From the NCBI RefSeq assembly GCF_964355755.1, contig NC_092674.1:2108001-2172000 (forward strand): DNA of 64,000 bases, in the 5' to 3' direction. The position numbers and the translations under genes are program-made. The stretch's first letter is position 1; every line of letters begins with the position of its first letter. The stretch comes from Antedon mediterranea. Lineage: Eukaryota > Animalia > Echinodermata. Shown here one piece after another: positions 12,391 to 24,549 of this stretch. The notes under the pieces were generated by a model. The model was not told the origin of the DNA, did not search any database, and saw only the letters and a list, made by a program, of their open reading frames with translations.

Positions 12391-13613
12391 ATCAAGTATC
12401 AAGTATAATCTTTATTCGTTCCCACAAGGAGAAAATTACATTGCTCGTCTTAAAATACATCATAATTACAATATTTAGGCCTATAACAACACGAAAAAAT
12501 ATCAATTTAAAAACTCACAACAAAAACATATTATTCCATGGTGCTCATCTGGGTGAATTTCGCTGATGTCTCCTGATACCTAAAGGAGAAAAGATATCGG
12601 TTTGTGTCAGCAGATTCGGATCGCAATCTTCCACTGCGAGCACTCCTAAAAATTGCCTAAATCGGAATTCAAAGGATGACTTTCATCCCTCAACACAATT
12701 CCAAAAAGCCTGTCCAGGTTCTCGCAATAAACTGAATCCAACGACTGCTGACACAAACCTAGCTGACATCATCTCAACCCTTCTTACCACACGATCAATT
12801 CTACCCTTATCTCCCTCTGTAACATTTCCACCCCACCCTGCAATACAATATTTCCAAACCCCAACAATAATAGACTGATAGAATGTAATCAAAATATTAT
12901 TATTTACACTGAACTTGTTTAGTTGTCTTAAACAGTACATTCTAGTATTGACTTTCTTCATAATGAGATCCAAATGGTTACTCCATGTCAATTTATTGTT
13001 AAATACAACCCCCAGGCCAGATATTTATATGTTTCCACCCTCTGAATTTGTCGACCCATTATGTTAACTAGATCACATTTATTCGTTTTCTTCTAAAATC
13101 TGTAGGCCTAATCATTTGTTTTTTCAACATTCAATTCTAAAAAGTTATCATTACTATATTTTACAAAATTATTTAAATATGAAGTGCAATCGTCCTTCGC
13201 AATCAAGCCAATCATCGCCGTATCGTCAGCAAATCGTACAACCGAGCAAGAATCGTATTTAGATCTACAATCACGCACAACGTAAACAACGAAGGGGATA
13301 AGACAGTGCAGTGCCTTGTGGCGCGCCTGTATTGAAAACACTAACATCAGAACATACTGTTGTGCCAGGGAAGAGTTAAAATTTAACTCTTCCCTGGTTG
13401 TGCTAAGCTTCACATACTGCTTTCTGTTTGTTAGAAAATTCAGAATAAATAGAATCATATTAAATGGCCATCTTACACAGTTTATTTACCATTATTTACC
13501 AGTAAATGGGGTTGAATGGTGTAAACGCAGAGGAGAAGTCGTAATACATGTTTAGAAATACACATAAATTGCGAGCAGCGTCGACCACACGTGCAGCGAC
13601 AGCAAACGACACA
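12391..13613 (-). mobile_element. Degenerate 5'-truncated non-LTR retrotransposon (Rex1/Babar-like reverse transcriptase)
   Basis: Frameshifted - strand ORF pieces NFLTNRKQYV, VRFADDTAMIGLI, LELNVEKT, RMYCLRQLNKF...FYQSII...WGGN; short (TACTTGA)n tail at about 12389-12406. Confidence 0.85.
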
Positions 13614-13864
13614 GTCTACATTATCAAAGTTTATGTGACAAAAAAATGTGATGTGCCCATATATGGACATGATGTCATATCACTACCATATTTGGGCATA
13701 TAACTGCCATATTTGGGCACATAACATTTTATCAAACCAGTTTGATAGTGTAGACAGAGCTTAAGCATGCTCCTGTATCAATTTGGTGGTCTGACATATT
13801 TTGGGTTATAGGATGATAACGTAGCCAGCTGCATGTCCAGCAGCACATGCTCATGTCATCACGT

Positions 13865-14220
13865 AACTGCAAGTTAAGTTGTTAACCCGGTTTGCACGTT
13901 GACTTCTGCGGGTTAAAGTTTCAAACTATACCATTTGCAGGTTAAGTTTCAAACTAACCATTTGCAAGTTGCAACAGCGTTTAAAAGTGAGTTGCAAACC
14001 AAGTTAAGTTGCAACTAATATTTTTGCATTAGGTATAAGTTGCAACTGAACGTCTGCAGGTATAGTTGCAAAGTAACCATTTGCAGGTTAAGTTGCAACA
14101 ACGTTTACAAGTTAAGTTGCAAACCAAGTTAAGTTGCAAACCAAGTTAAGTTGCAATCAACCTATCACAGAATAAGTTGCAACTTTACACGCTAAGATGC
14201 AAGATATGTGTGCAAGTTTA
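13865..14220. repeat. Degenerate short-period repeat (AAGTTGCAA motif)
   Basis: Many GTTAAGTTGCAA / CATTTGCAGG variants. Confidence 0.8.
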
Positions 14221-15347
14221 TTAGATTTGAAAACATACAACAAGTTAGGTTTATCCTTGTTGGTAGGGTGAATTAATTTCAATTTCCACTGGGAATTAGG
14301 CCTACATTCCCTAAACCATTATTGTCCACGTGTCTTATTGTGTTATCGGTGCTTGCTGGTTCCTGTTTATGCCCCTTGTACGAACTAGGAAATTCAATTA
14401 TGATGACCGTGGTGATATTGTACATATTACCTACAGGAGGACTATTAAACACAAAAAACACCCCTGTTTAAATAATGGGATAAACCAGGTCATAATTGTA
14501 CCATAATTTTAATATAAATACTTACAATACAGTTGTTCAAACTCTATTCATACTGTATTGGGTAGTAACAGATCAATTTATCTTCTTACAACGTAAGTAA
14601 GTGCATTTAAGTAGTTTTGTTAGCTTTAAGTATAAAATATCCATTAGCAATACAGGCATGCAAGAATTATAATTTAGGTTCAGTTTGTTCAAGAATCAAG
14701 ATGTCGGTTTTTATCGTAACTTGTTCATTTCAGCGATTGGTTTGGGCTGGGTCCACCACGTTTATTACGGGAGTGTTATAGTATGTACATAGCAATACAA
14801 CACCATGTCAATTGACAATGGACTTATTCACCTCCACGTGTGCGACAGGAGTTTAGGTTAGACAGGGATCTGACTATTTAATAAAACTGAAGAAAAGTAT
14901 CATGCCATACTGTACCAGCAAATACAATCGTGATTGACTATAAACCTGGCACCTGTACGGGGAGCAGTTTAGGACATGTTTTAGTTTCTGACAAAATTAG
15001 AAATGCGCCCATTTTGATCATTTTAAAAACTGTCGGATCTTCTAGAGGGACGTGCTACCGTTACATACTTCTTCGGATTGGAATTGAGACGATTCGCCCT
15101 TGTTTGAACTTCTGGGTACTTGCTAAAAATGTGGATCGGTCCAATAAACCAGGGAATTGTTCACAACTCCCTGAACAAACTAAAAAACTATTCTAAAACA
15201 AAACAGATAAAATTCAAGTTTTATTTAAAAATAAAAAGACTTAATTCTATACCCAGGATAACTTAAATTCATCCAAACATGAAGGGTTTTTCCTCCGTGG
15301 TTTATTAAATAACATTTAAAAAAATTTGATTTTAGACAGCGGTTACG

Positions 15348-15549
15348 ATGGCAGAATCTTCGAAGATTAAAACGCTGATGAGCGACCATGAGAGGTACGT
15401 GACGACATTTGCCGAATATTGTAAACGTACCAAGAAATACGATGTTCTCCGAGACTGGATCAGTTCGGATTTCCCCGAGAAAGTAGTCAACTCACTCGGG
15501 GTCAAAGACATTGAAGAGTTGAGGATGTTGGGGGTCGGTAGTGGATCAG
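15348..15549 (+). CDS. HNMT: Histamine N-methyltransferase-like, coding exon 1
   Basis: TLMSDHERYVTTF resembles HNMT SLFSDHGKYVESF; SAM-binding motif I MLGVGSGSG; donor g|gtaggc. Confidence 0.85.
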
Positions 15550-15770
15550 GTAGGCATGTTGCCCGGATGTTGGGGGTCGGTAGTGGATATTATATATACC
15601 CACACACAATAAGTTTCAAGTTTTCTTTGTAGTACATATCTACACGACCTTTATCTTCCTTAAATGATAATGGGTTGTGTAATGATGATCATAAGACTAA
15701 GAGCGATAGGCCTAACGAAAGGCCTACAAGACACGTACGACTACACGACACGACCTCACCAACAACATGC

Positions 15771-15931
15771 AAGGTTTATCGCAATAGCTTCTACAATGCA
15801 TGATGGGAAGGGTTTGGGAGCAAACGTCACAACGCGTACGTACGTGATTTGTTGTTTGTACGTACGCGTCGTGACGTTTGCTCCCAAACCCTTCCCATCA
15901 TGCATTGTAGAAGCTATTTGCGATAAACCTT
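15771..15931. repeat. Near-perfect foldback of about 160 bp (probable MITE) in HNMT-like intron 1
   Basis: Arms of about 73 bp AAGGTTTATCGCAATAGCTTCTACAATGCATGATGGGAAGGG... with the reverse complement ending at 15931 and a short central loop. Confidence 0.8.
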
Positions 15932-16018
15932 ATTGAATCATGATGATTGCGACGAAAGTTAATATAATTAAAGAAAAGTAAAAAATAATGAAAAATAACT
16001 GATTTAACATTATTTCAG

Positions 16019-16342
16019 GCTTCGTTGAAACATGCGCGTTGAAGCAGCTAGTAACTAAGTGGTCGAAAGTCACTCACACCGTATTAGAGCCAAACTCTGA
16101 CCTCCTTGACCAGTTTAAAGAACTTGCTGCCAAAGAAAAGGACAACCTCCCGGGCGTGTCTTTCGATTGGAAACAGAAGACAGTAGAAGAGTTTAAGCAG
16201 GAATCTGCTGATCAGACGTCAAAATATCATTTTATAATGGTTGTCCAAAGTATCTATTACGTCGATGATCTGGAAGGAATTCTGAAGTACCTGACTAGTC
16301 TGTTGGCCAAGGGTGGTATGATGGTCATAGTAATGGTTTCTG
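16019..16342 (+). CDS. HNMT: Histamine N-methyltransferase-like, coding exon 2
   Basis: VLEP, VSFDWKQKT, YHFIMVVQSIYYV and IVMVSG align with HNMT VVEP, VKFAWHKET, WDFIHMIQMLYYV and IIVVSG; tttcag acceptor, g|gtaggt donor. Confidence 0.88.
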
Positions 16343-16613
16343 GTAGGTATCTATTTTAAAGCTGTTGATTTCCACTATGACGCAACGTAAGTTTAAAGCG
16401 TGGTTCCCATTAGAACGCAACGCAGCGACGTATTGACGCAAAGTGCTGTATTGCGTAATCACAAGTGGGAACCGACGACGCAATAGTGCTGCAAACATCG
16501 CAAGTTTGATTTCACGCAGGCGGGGGCGAACACAATTATTTGAAAGGCATTTTCTTAAGTTGCGTCGCTAGTGGGAACCAATCTTAACAAAAAAATTTCT
16601 TGAATTTTTCCAG

Positions 16614-16969
16614 AGAACAGCGTTATGTGGAGAATTGCTAATAGGTTTCCTGAATTTCAAAACGAGAAACAACTCGGTATTTGTACTAAACATATCGAAG
16701 AGATATTAGCGGCAAACGGCATCAAATTTGCAACGGATGAGATAGAGGCAAGGATGGATTCTACTGGTTGCTTCGTTAAAGACTCGAAAGAAGCTGAGCT
16801 GTTAATCGATTTTATAACACAGGTCGCTTACTTAAAGAGTCAAAGGTCAGAGGCATTTTATAACGAGGTCGTTGAGTATGTCAAAACTGACCAAGTTAGT
16901 TTACCGCCGACTGCTGATGGCCGAACTTGGTTCAGATGTAATTATGACGCAATTTACGTCACTAAATAA
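16614..16969 (+). CDS. HNMT: Histamine N-methyltransferase-like, coding exon 3
   Basis: MDSTGCF..DSKEAELLIDFITQ resembles HNMT MDISDCF..GNENGDLLWDFLTE; spliced CDS 202+324+356=882 nt, 293 aa (human HNMT 292 aa). Confidence 0.88.
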
Positions 16970-17883
16970 AGCATAAACAGTTTGAAGTACAGTATATTAA
17001 ACTAGGTTCGCATTTGGACACGTGACATACAAGAATTTAAGCGCAATCGCAAGTTGACCAATCACAACGACGCGATCGATCACAGTCTATCGCTTGTGAT
17101 TTGTCTATTGCGTTACGTTACGTTGCGTCCAAGTTTTGGAAACGAACTTTATCTGAGACTGTTGAGCATAACCATTTTTGAGTTTTCATAGAATATTGCT
17201 AATCACGCCATGCAAATGTCCACGTTTGCAATGGTTCGATATTCTGTTTAATGTCTGCATGTTGTAAGCTACGGTAAAATTCTGTACTAATAAACTGAAC
17301 TTCAATTAAAATAGCCTACTCTACTAATCTTTAATTTCGTCTTTATCACTGGAGCGTAATTTTCTGATTATTATATGAAATTAGATGAGAGACGTTTTTG
17401 TAATTGAAAAATATAATGAGGGGAGTTAGCTAACAAAGTGTGACAGAAAAAGGATGTCATAGTCAAAACGTCTCCTTCATCACCATTGCGTTTAAGCCCA
17501 CCCACTCACAGATAGATTTATGGAGTTTGATATATTCACTTTCTACGGTCTGTTCTGATTCAAAACAATTATGTTATCTTCCTGATGAAGATCAGGATCA
17601 GAAAGTCAATTCAATTTAATTTATTAAACATTTCTTGTCACGGATAACAAATACAAACACCAAAAACAAAAAGATCATGACTGTGTAAAAAATAGACACG
17701 AAACAGAGTATAATAAATGCAACAAATATTAGGCCTACAATTTCATAAAAGGCTATAAAGCTATGTACGTCTACATTCTATCAAACTTTATGTGACAAAA
17801 ACATGTGATGTGCCCATATTTGGACATGATGATGTCATATCACTACCATATTTGGACACATCACACTTTTTTTTTGTCAAACT

Positions 17884-18372
17884 TCAGAATTCTTCAGTAT
17901 ACTGTCGCTGGACCACGATTATGGAATGGACTTAATGACAACCTTAAGACACCACAATCTATTATTATGTTTCGGGCCAATGCTAAAAAATACTTAATTT
18001 CTTTATATTAAATGATTAAGCTGATGTCGTACTGCTGTTTGTTTTCATTTTTTTTTGTCTCAATTACTTTATCTGTTTACTTGCTAACTATATTATTTAG
18101 TTTGATAGGGTCTTATACGTGTTTACTTGCTAACTATATTATTTAGTTAGATAGGGTCTTATACGTGTTTACTTGCTAACTATATTATTTAGTTAGATAG
18201 GGTCTTATACGTGTTTACTTGCTAACTATATTATTTAGTTAGATAGGGTCTTATACGTGTTTACTTGCTAACTATATTATTAAGTTTGATAGGGTCTTAT
18301 ACGTGACACGAATAATTTTATTCTTCTAGGTATAGCTACTCAATATGATATTGAAATAAAAATAACCGTAAA
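17884..18372 (+). mobile_element. 3' fragment of an L2/CR1-type LINE nested in a family A MITE
   Basis: Encodes YTVAGPRLWNGLNDNLKTPQSIIMFRANAKKYL*, a typical LINE ORF2 C-terminus, followed by a 3' UTR and AATAAA/A-rich tail; MITE halves lie on both sides. Confidence 0.75.
18075..18305. repeat. 46-bp tandem repeat x5 in the LINE 3' UTR
   Basis: Unit GTTTACTTGCTAACTATATTATTTAGTTAGATAGGGTCTTATACGT at 18075, 18121, 18167, 18213, 18259. Confidence 0.95.
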
Positions 18373-19786
18373 AAATAGTTTAGACGGAGCTTAAAAACAT
18401 TATTTACATATTAATCAAAGCATATTGGACGAAACGTCGAGAAAACTGTTCTTTTCAGAACTAACATACGTGGTTGTACCGCAAACTTATATCAAAGATA
18501 GTGTAGTATGACAGCGTCCTCTATTGGTACGTCTTTATGAATGAGAAAGGGGAATTCCCTTTGAGTAATGACGCTGCTACATGGCATGTCTATCATTATT
18601 GCATCCTCCTCTCTGACGTGTTGATGATGAGGATGACTTTGCAGTTTGTAAATTACACTATTATTTGTTTCAGATTTCACAGGAATTCCTTCCTCCGCCT
18701 CCTCCTCAGCTCATGACATCGATTTCAACCTTAATCTGGATGAATAAATCAAAGTTTTAAGAAAATGTTTACCATTTTGTAAATATGTTGGGTTCTTGCC
18801 CATTTTTTTTCTATATATATTTCTTTTTCTGTTGTCATTGTTAGTTTTATTTAAATGATTCTGATTTGTTTCTGAACGTACTGAACTGAACGACTTGTCA
18901 AAATGTAGGGCCTACGACAATTGCGGCCTATATCATTACACAATATAAACAATTTACTATAATTAGCCAAATTTACACTTTAAACAGAATTAATTAAAGT
19001 AGTGATTTGACCTATCAATCAATGGTGTATCGGCGGATCAATCGATCGAGGAGGCCCAAACTGCGCATCTGTAAATGTTAGTGACACGGCGGGGCATCTG
19101 CATCAGGACCTACTCCAATTATCACAACAATTCATTGATGACGCTCACTCATCAATAAGAGGACAATATTAATGTCATTTTTATTTAGCGACATTAATAC
19201 CACATAGGCAACAAACAAATATATTACGAGAGAAAAAAATTCCATCTTGACACTAACGATTTAAATTGGAACCAATCAAAAGTAGGCCTATTATAACAAA
19301 ACATGATCGTTTTATTTTTTTAGTAAAAAGAAAAACAAATGAAAAAACCAGTTATAATATATTACTTTTCATGAATTGTATTTATTTTGTTCATGAATCC
19401 GTGAAAAAAAAGATGTAATCATGGTTTTTTTCTCCATGTTAATATCAGATGATGATGATGCGGATGAACTGGTAACATCCGCGTGTGAATCACCGGAGAT
19501 TGGCCGTCCGTTGCCTGTGGTTTCCGCGCCCAATACAGTGATAGGCTGCTTATTCAAATACGTTGTGTTTAATCTATTAATTATACATGATACAACATGA
19601 ATTTAATAACAGTATACAGGTTTTTATATTTATATGATGGTGATTGTTAGTAGTGTGATATTTGCTAACCGGTTTGTGTAGGCGTCCATAAATCTAGTCT
19701 TCTGCTGCATGCACGCGAAACACTTTCACTCAGCAGATGAGACTCGCGACTGCGGTCGACTGGGACGAACGACAAGAGGAAAAAAT

Positions 19787-19960
19787 ATGGCTGATTTGTC
19801 TGAAAAATGCGGTTCTTCAAGTTCACGACATGGTGTTAATTCAAAGAATACTGTACAAGCAAGTTCGTTTGATGAGTCGTCTGATAGTGAAGGTGAAGAA
19901 GTAAGGCTGTCTAAGGCCTTTCATCGTCGAGTTTCTACCTCAAAACAAATCAAACACAAG
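19787..19960 (+). CDS. DGKD: Type II diacylglycerol kinase (delta/eta), exon 1
   Basis: DESSDSEGEE...RRVSTSKQIKHK matches the DGKH/DGKD N-terminus (DESSDSEGEQE...RKVSTSGQIRTK); donor aag|gtaacg. An in-frame upstream ATG exists at 19709. Probably co-orthologous to DGKD and DGKH. Confidence 0.85.
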
Positions 19961-22426
19961 GTAACGTGTTCACTTTATTTTTATGTCTAGGCCCAGGCAC
20001 CGCCAGATTTCGTTTTGCAACGGGCGTGTGAAGCGGCCTAGCCTAGACAAGCTAAACTTTCTACTGCTATTTTACGAGAAATGAAGTATTGTGTTCATTT
20101 TCAGGCGATTACGGGGGTAATTCCGACTTCTCTGATGGTAGGCCTATAATAAAACAATGTGAACAAATTGTATTTTAATTTAGTATAAAAATCCCCCAAT
20201 TAAAAACCCAACTTTCGGGGAAGGGAGGGAGTCAGGACGGAGGAAAGTGAGATGTTTATTTGATTAGGGTGCTGGGGTAAAAAAGATCCAGTAAAGATTC
20301 AGTAAAAAAAAATTTAAATAAAGCAAAGACCTAAATCAAAACTAAAATTAAAGTAAAAAGTAAAACAGCCAGAAAGAAAGTGTTTTTGGAAACCAGTATT
20401 TCTACATGATCACGGCTAACATACATAGTATACGACCATAATGATATCTAATGGATAAGGTATTATTATTAAATGACATGTCATGGACATTGTATGCATG
20501 CATTGTGTGTTCTGTTGGTGTTAAAGTACTAAGTAAAGTAGGCCTTGAGTTTGATAAGCTTTGTTGTAGGCTTGCAGTTCTATACTATAGAACTCACCAA
20601 ACTAATTAACATACATGCGTATACACGGTAAAGAAATAAAATGCTTTTTTTTTATATCAAATGGTAAAAAGACGATGTATTTTAGGTTTAGTATAAATCA
20701 ACAGTGTTATTCCCGCCTTCCAAATTTGAGCTCACAAACAATCAAAAGTGTGAAATTATTTCATTATTTACTATCATTTGAAACAACCTATTTATACCTA
20801 ATATGGTACAATAATATTATAATTTTTTAAAATCAATTTTTTTCTGAACTCTTAAATTCATTCGGAACACTTTTTTGTAATCAAATATTTTAAGCCATCC
20901 CAATTATTAATGATTTAACAACTTTAAACTGGCTGAGGTTTTGTTATGATAATGAAATAAGTGAAACCAAAATTCTATAGCAAACGATATTATATTTATT
21001 TAGTCCTTCCTTGTTTTATTCTTCTGTTCTTCCATGTTTTATTCTTTTGTTCTATGCTGTAAAAAGGTCTGATAGGAAAGTACTAAAACCAGAGAATTAA
21101 TGTCAAAGTTTACTGAGCCTAGGTAACAGTAAATCAACTGGTAAAGGAACTTTAATTTTGGAATTAGTGACTTTATTTCAGTATTTATCCTATAAGTAAA
21201 TCACCTCTAGATCTTGGTGAACATACAATGCCTTAGATGTTCCAGGCTTATATCACATATATGTGATGAAAACGATTATGAAAATTCTGTCTGAGCTTAA
21301 CTTTATACTTTCGTTTTGCTAAGTTCCATAAACTCCATAGGTTTTCTATTTTGTGTCTAGCTTAACCTGGATCAATATCATTATTATAGTATTTTCTTTT
21401 TATAAATAATTTGCAAATAAATCATCACAATTAGATGTACTGTACAGTACTGTGTGTTATTTTATGAAAACTTATTTTTTGTTTGAAAAGAAATAATAAC
21501 TTATATAAACAGAGAAATGTTTTTAAAATATACAAAAATAATCATTCCTTTTTTAAGGTAGGAAATATATTATTTGAAAAAATAAATCATCACAATTAGA
21601 CGTACTGTGCGTTATTTTAAGAAAACTGAAACTTTTCCATGTTTGAAAAGAAATAATAACTTGCATAACAGAGAAATGGTTTAATAATAATCATTCCTTT
21701 TTAAGGCCTGGAAATATATAATATAAAAAGAACAATGTATGTGTTTAAATTAATGTTATGTTTGTGTTATTGATTATATTATTCAGTCTTATTTTTTAAT
21801 TGCCCCACGTGAGTCTGTGAGATGAATAACAACTTTGACATCTTTACAAAAATTTATAAAATTATCAAATAATAAAGGCTAAATTTATCTACACTGTGAC
21901 TTGATGATTTAACCAATCAAATCTAAATCTTTCAATGTATTATATTGTTAAATTTAAGCTTATCATATTTGAAGAATAGTAAAATGCTCCAGTGATTACA
22001 TTAAATAGATTTTAAAGTAAGCCATGCTTGAAGTGAATAGAGGTGATAGTTAATTTGTTTATGTTGTTTGTTGGTCCTGATCCACACACCCTGTAACAGA
22101 GGTTGACAGAAATGCTATAGGAATACTACGGCGATGCAAGATCTATTGGAAAACGTATGTTATAGTATTTTACAGTTCATAGAATAGTATTAAAAATAGA
22201 TTATCATCACTTGTATTTATAGTCTTTGAATTATACAGTTTAGTGGGTACTGAGTTTGAGCCCCACCTAGCCTTAACATTGCTTCACCACCAGGATGTTA
22301 AAGTTGTTCCTACTAGCAGTTTATAACTCCACCAGGTACAGACATTTTTGGCGTTAAATAATTCAACCAAATCTAAATTTAGCTTTAAAGTCTGCCTACA
22401 GTATGTGTACTGAAGTCATTTTCAGC

Positions 22427-22640
22427 CATGTTCGCACCTAAAGGCCTGTTTACACCATACCGGATGTTCACCCATAAAGGCCTGTTCATACCATACGGGA
22501 TGCTCGCCCCATAAGGCCTCTTCACACCATACTGGATGTTCGTTCCTAAAGGCCTGTTTACACCATACGTAATGTTAGCCCCTAAATGCCTGTTTACACC
22601 ATACTGGATGTTCATCCCTAAAGGCCTGTTCACACCAAAT
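22427..22640. repeat. 36-bp minisatellite, about 6 copies
   Basis: Unit similar to CCTAAAGGCCTGTTTACACCATACCGGATGTTCGCC. Confidence 0.9.
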
Positions 22641-23747
22641 ATACTCATTATACCGGATGTTTGCCCCGATCCGCGACACTTTGTAACAAAAGAGTTAGTT
22701 AATCGAGTCGACACTTTTCTGTTACAACGCTAATCATGTGACCTTACTTGCGATACGAAAACATAACTCCATGGATCTGGACACGTATACCATTGGTTTG
22801 TGTAGTTTAATTTGTAGTGTGAATAACAGCACCAACACCCACACTAAAACAAATTCTCATAACCTTTTAACAAAAATGACTGCCAGTGCCACCCACCAAA
22901 TATTGTTACTCACTTACAGCTTGACTAACTTCATCCCCCAAATGTCAATTTAATTAATAAAGTCTAATGTACTTTGATGTATTTTTTACATTTAGCAATA
23001 TCCATCTTCACAGGATAACTGGGTAATGATTCAATATAAATTCATTTTTGCCGTAGGCTTTCCTCTTAGTTACAGAATTAGGTCACGCAATATTAATGAC
23101 AGTTACTGGATTGACGCAAGATAGCGTTCACATTTACTCAATTTGTAATTAAAGTTACAATCGACTTGGATCCCAATTAAAAATGGCCAATTCAAATATA
23201 ATTTAGTCACATGTAAATTAGTAATAAAATTCTGACTTCTCATTACCAGTATTTACCTTAATCTATTATTAGCTTTACCAGGTCTTTATTGAACCCCAAG
23301 ACGTTGCTGAATTACAAATGAATATTTATATTTTACATTACTAGACAAATGTCAAATCTGTTAAACAAACCTATACTGTGTGATAATATATAGTCACTGG
23401 AATATTAATCACTAGGCTACTAAGTACTATACTAAAGTATATTGTATTGTAAAATACTGGATGTTAATAATAAACCTCTTATACTAATGCAGCTGCGCCC
23501 AATTATATGGTTAAAAATAAATTAATTTGTAGCAGACGTATACATTAGCATCTACCTTTATAATTAAAAAGTATAAATAGCCCAAGCCCAATCCACTTTA
23601 ATACTGTAGTAAGTATATATTAGATTTGTTTTTGATATAATGATTGTGTTCATGTCTATAAATAATCCAGTACCAGTCATTTTTTTAATCATGTGAATTT
23701 CATAATTGTACCTGGAATAATTGATAACTTAATATTTATCTACAAAA

Positions 23748-24072
23748 GGCGTGTGGCGCAGTGTGTTGGACCTTGGATTACCGATCGTGAGGTCGTGGTT
23801 CGAATCCAACTCTCGCCGCATTGCTTGTATCCATGGCAAGAAGACACTTTACTTACTGTACATTTGCCTCTCTCTAACCGGGTGTATAAATGGGTACCGG
23901 TTACTGTAGATCAAGATACAACTTTGCGCTGATTACTACTAGCTGCATCATGGGAGTATGTTTCCATGTGTTTGATCCAAAAAATTACTGAGGTAATAAT
24001 GCTTGTAAAGCGCCTTTGAGCATGATTACTCATGAGAAGGGTGCTATATAAAAGTGGTGTTATTATTATTAT
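23748..24072 (+). mobile_element. tRNA-derived SINE with L2-type 3' tail
   Basis: A box TGGCGCAGTG, B box GGTTCGAATCC, central GGTGTATAAATGGGTACCGG motif, tail TGTAAAGCGCCTTTGAG...GCTATATAAA followed by (TAT)n. Confidence 0.8.
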
Positions 24073-24197
24073 AAATCCAAAGACAAATCACTGAAAAAAT
24101 GAAAATGATGTGGCTGGATCTCAATGTAGACAAAATAAAATAAGCACTGAAAAAATGACAATGCTGTGGGTACGGTATCAGTGGCTGGATCTCAATG

Positions 24198-24445
24198 GAG
24201 TGGAGTTGTGGCTTGGTGGTTATGATGCTTGGTTGCCACTCCAAGAGTCCTGAGTTCAAGTCCCGTCACATGTCAGGATTTTTTCTAAGGATTTTTTCTA
24301 ATTTTCCAAATTAAAACTCAACTCCAAAGACTTGTAAAATGTAAGACTTTGTTTATGTAAAGCATCTTACTGTATGTATATGTTTGTCTTGTAAACCTCT
24401 GAGGTTCCCTAATGATCACCCTCATTAAATATGGTAAAAAAAAAA
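24198..24445 (+). mobile_element. tRNA-derived SINE inserted in a hammerhead-bearing repeat
   Basis: A box TGGCTTGGTGG, B box GAGTTCAAGTCC, A-rich end; interrupts sequence that is contiguous in the 54089-54250 copy. Confidence 0.6.
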
Positions 24446-24508
24446 GATGCAACTAAAATAAAAAGCTACAGTAAAATCAAAACGACAATGTAAAACCGCT
24501 AGAACAAT

Positions 24509-24549
24509 TTGCACAGCTTTCGGGCAACACTAGCCGTTCATCTGTGCAA
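24509..24549 (-). ncRNA. Degenerate minimal type I hammerhead ribozyme
   Basis: - strand TTGCA CAGATGA A CGGC TAGTGTT GCCC GAAA GCTG TGCAA: intact stem I (TTGCA/TGCAA), point changes in the core. Confidence 0.6.

Noticed and set aside
19709-19786. N-terminal extension of DGK from the upstream ATG
   Set aside because: In frame but with no recognisable homology and a weaker start context than 19787; cannot be excluded without transcript data.
22385-22733. Overlapping 12-aa-repeat ORFs on both strands
   Set aside because: Produced by a 36-bp minisatellite; no splice or homology support.
23748-23820. tRNA gene (also near 8010-8078, 24200-24270, 35035-35104)
   Set aside because: A and B boxes are present but no complete cloverleaf was seen; each continues into a SINE body and tail.
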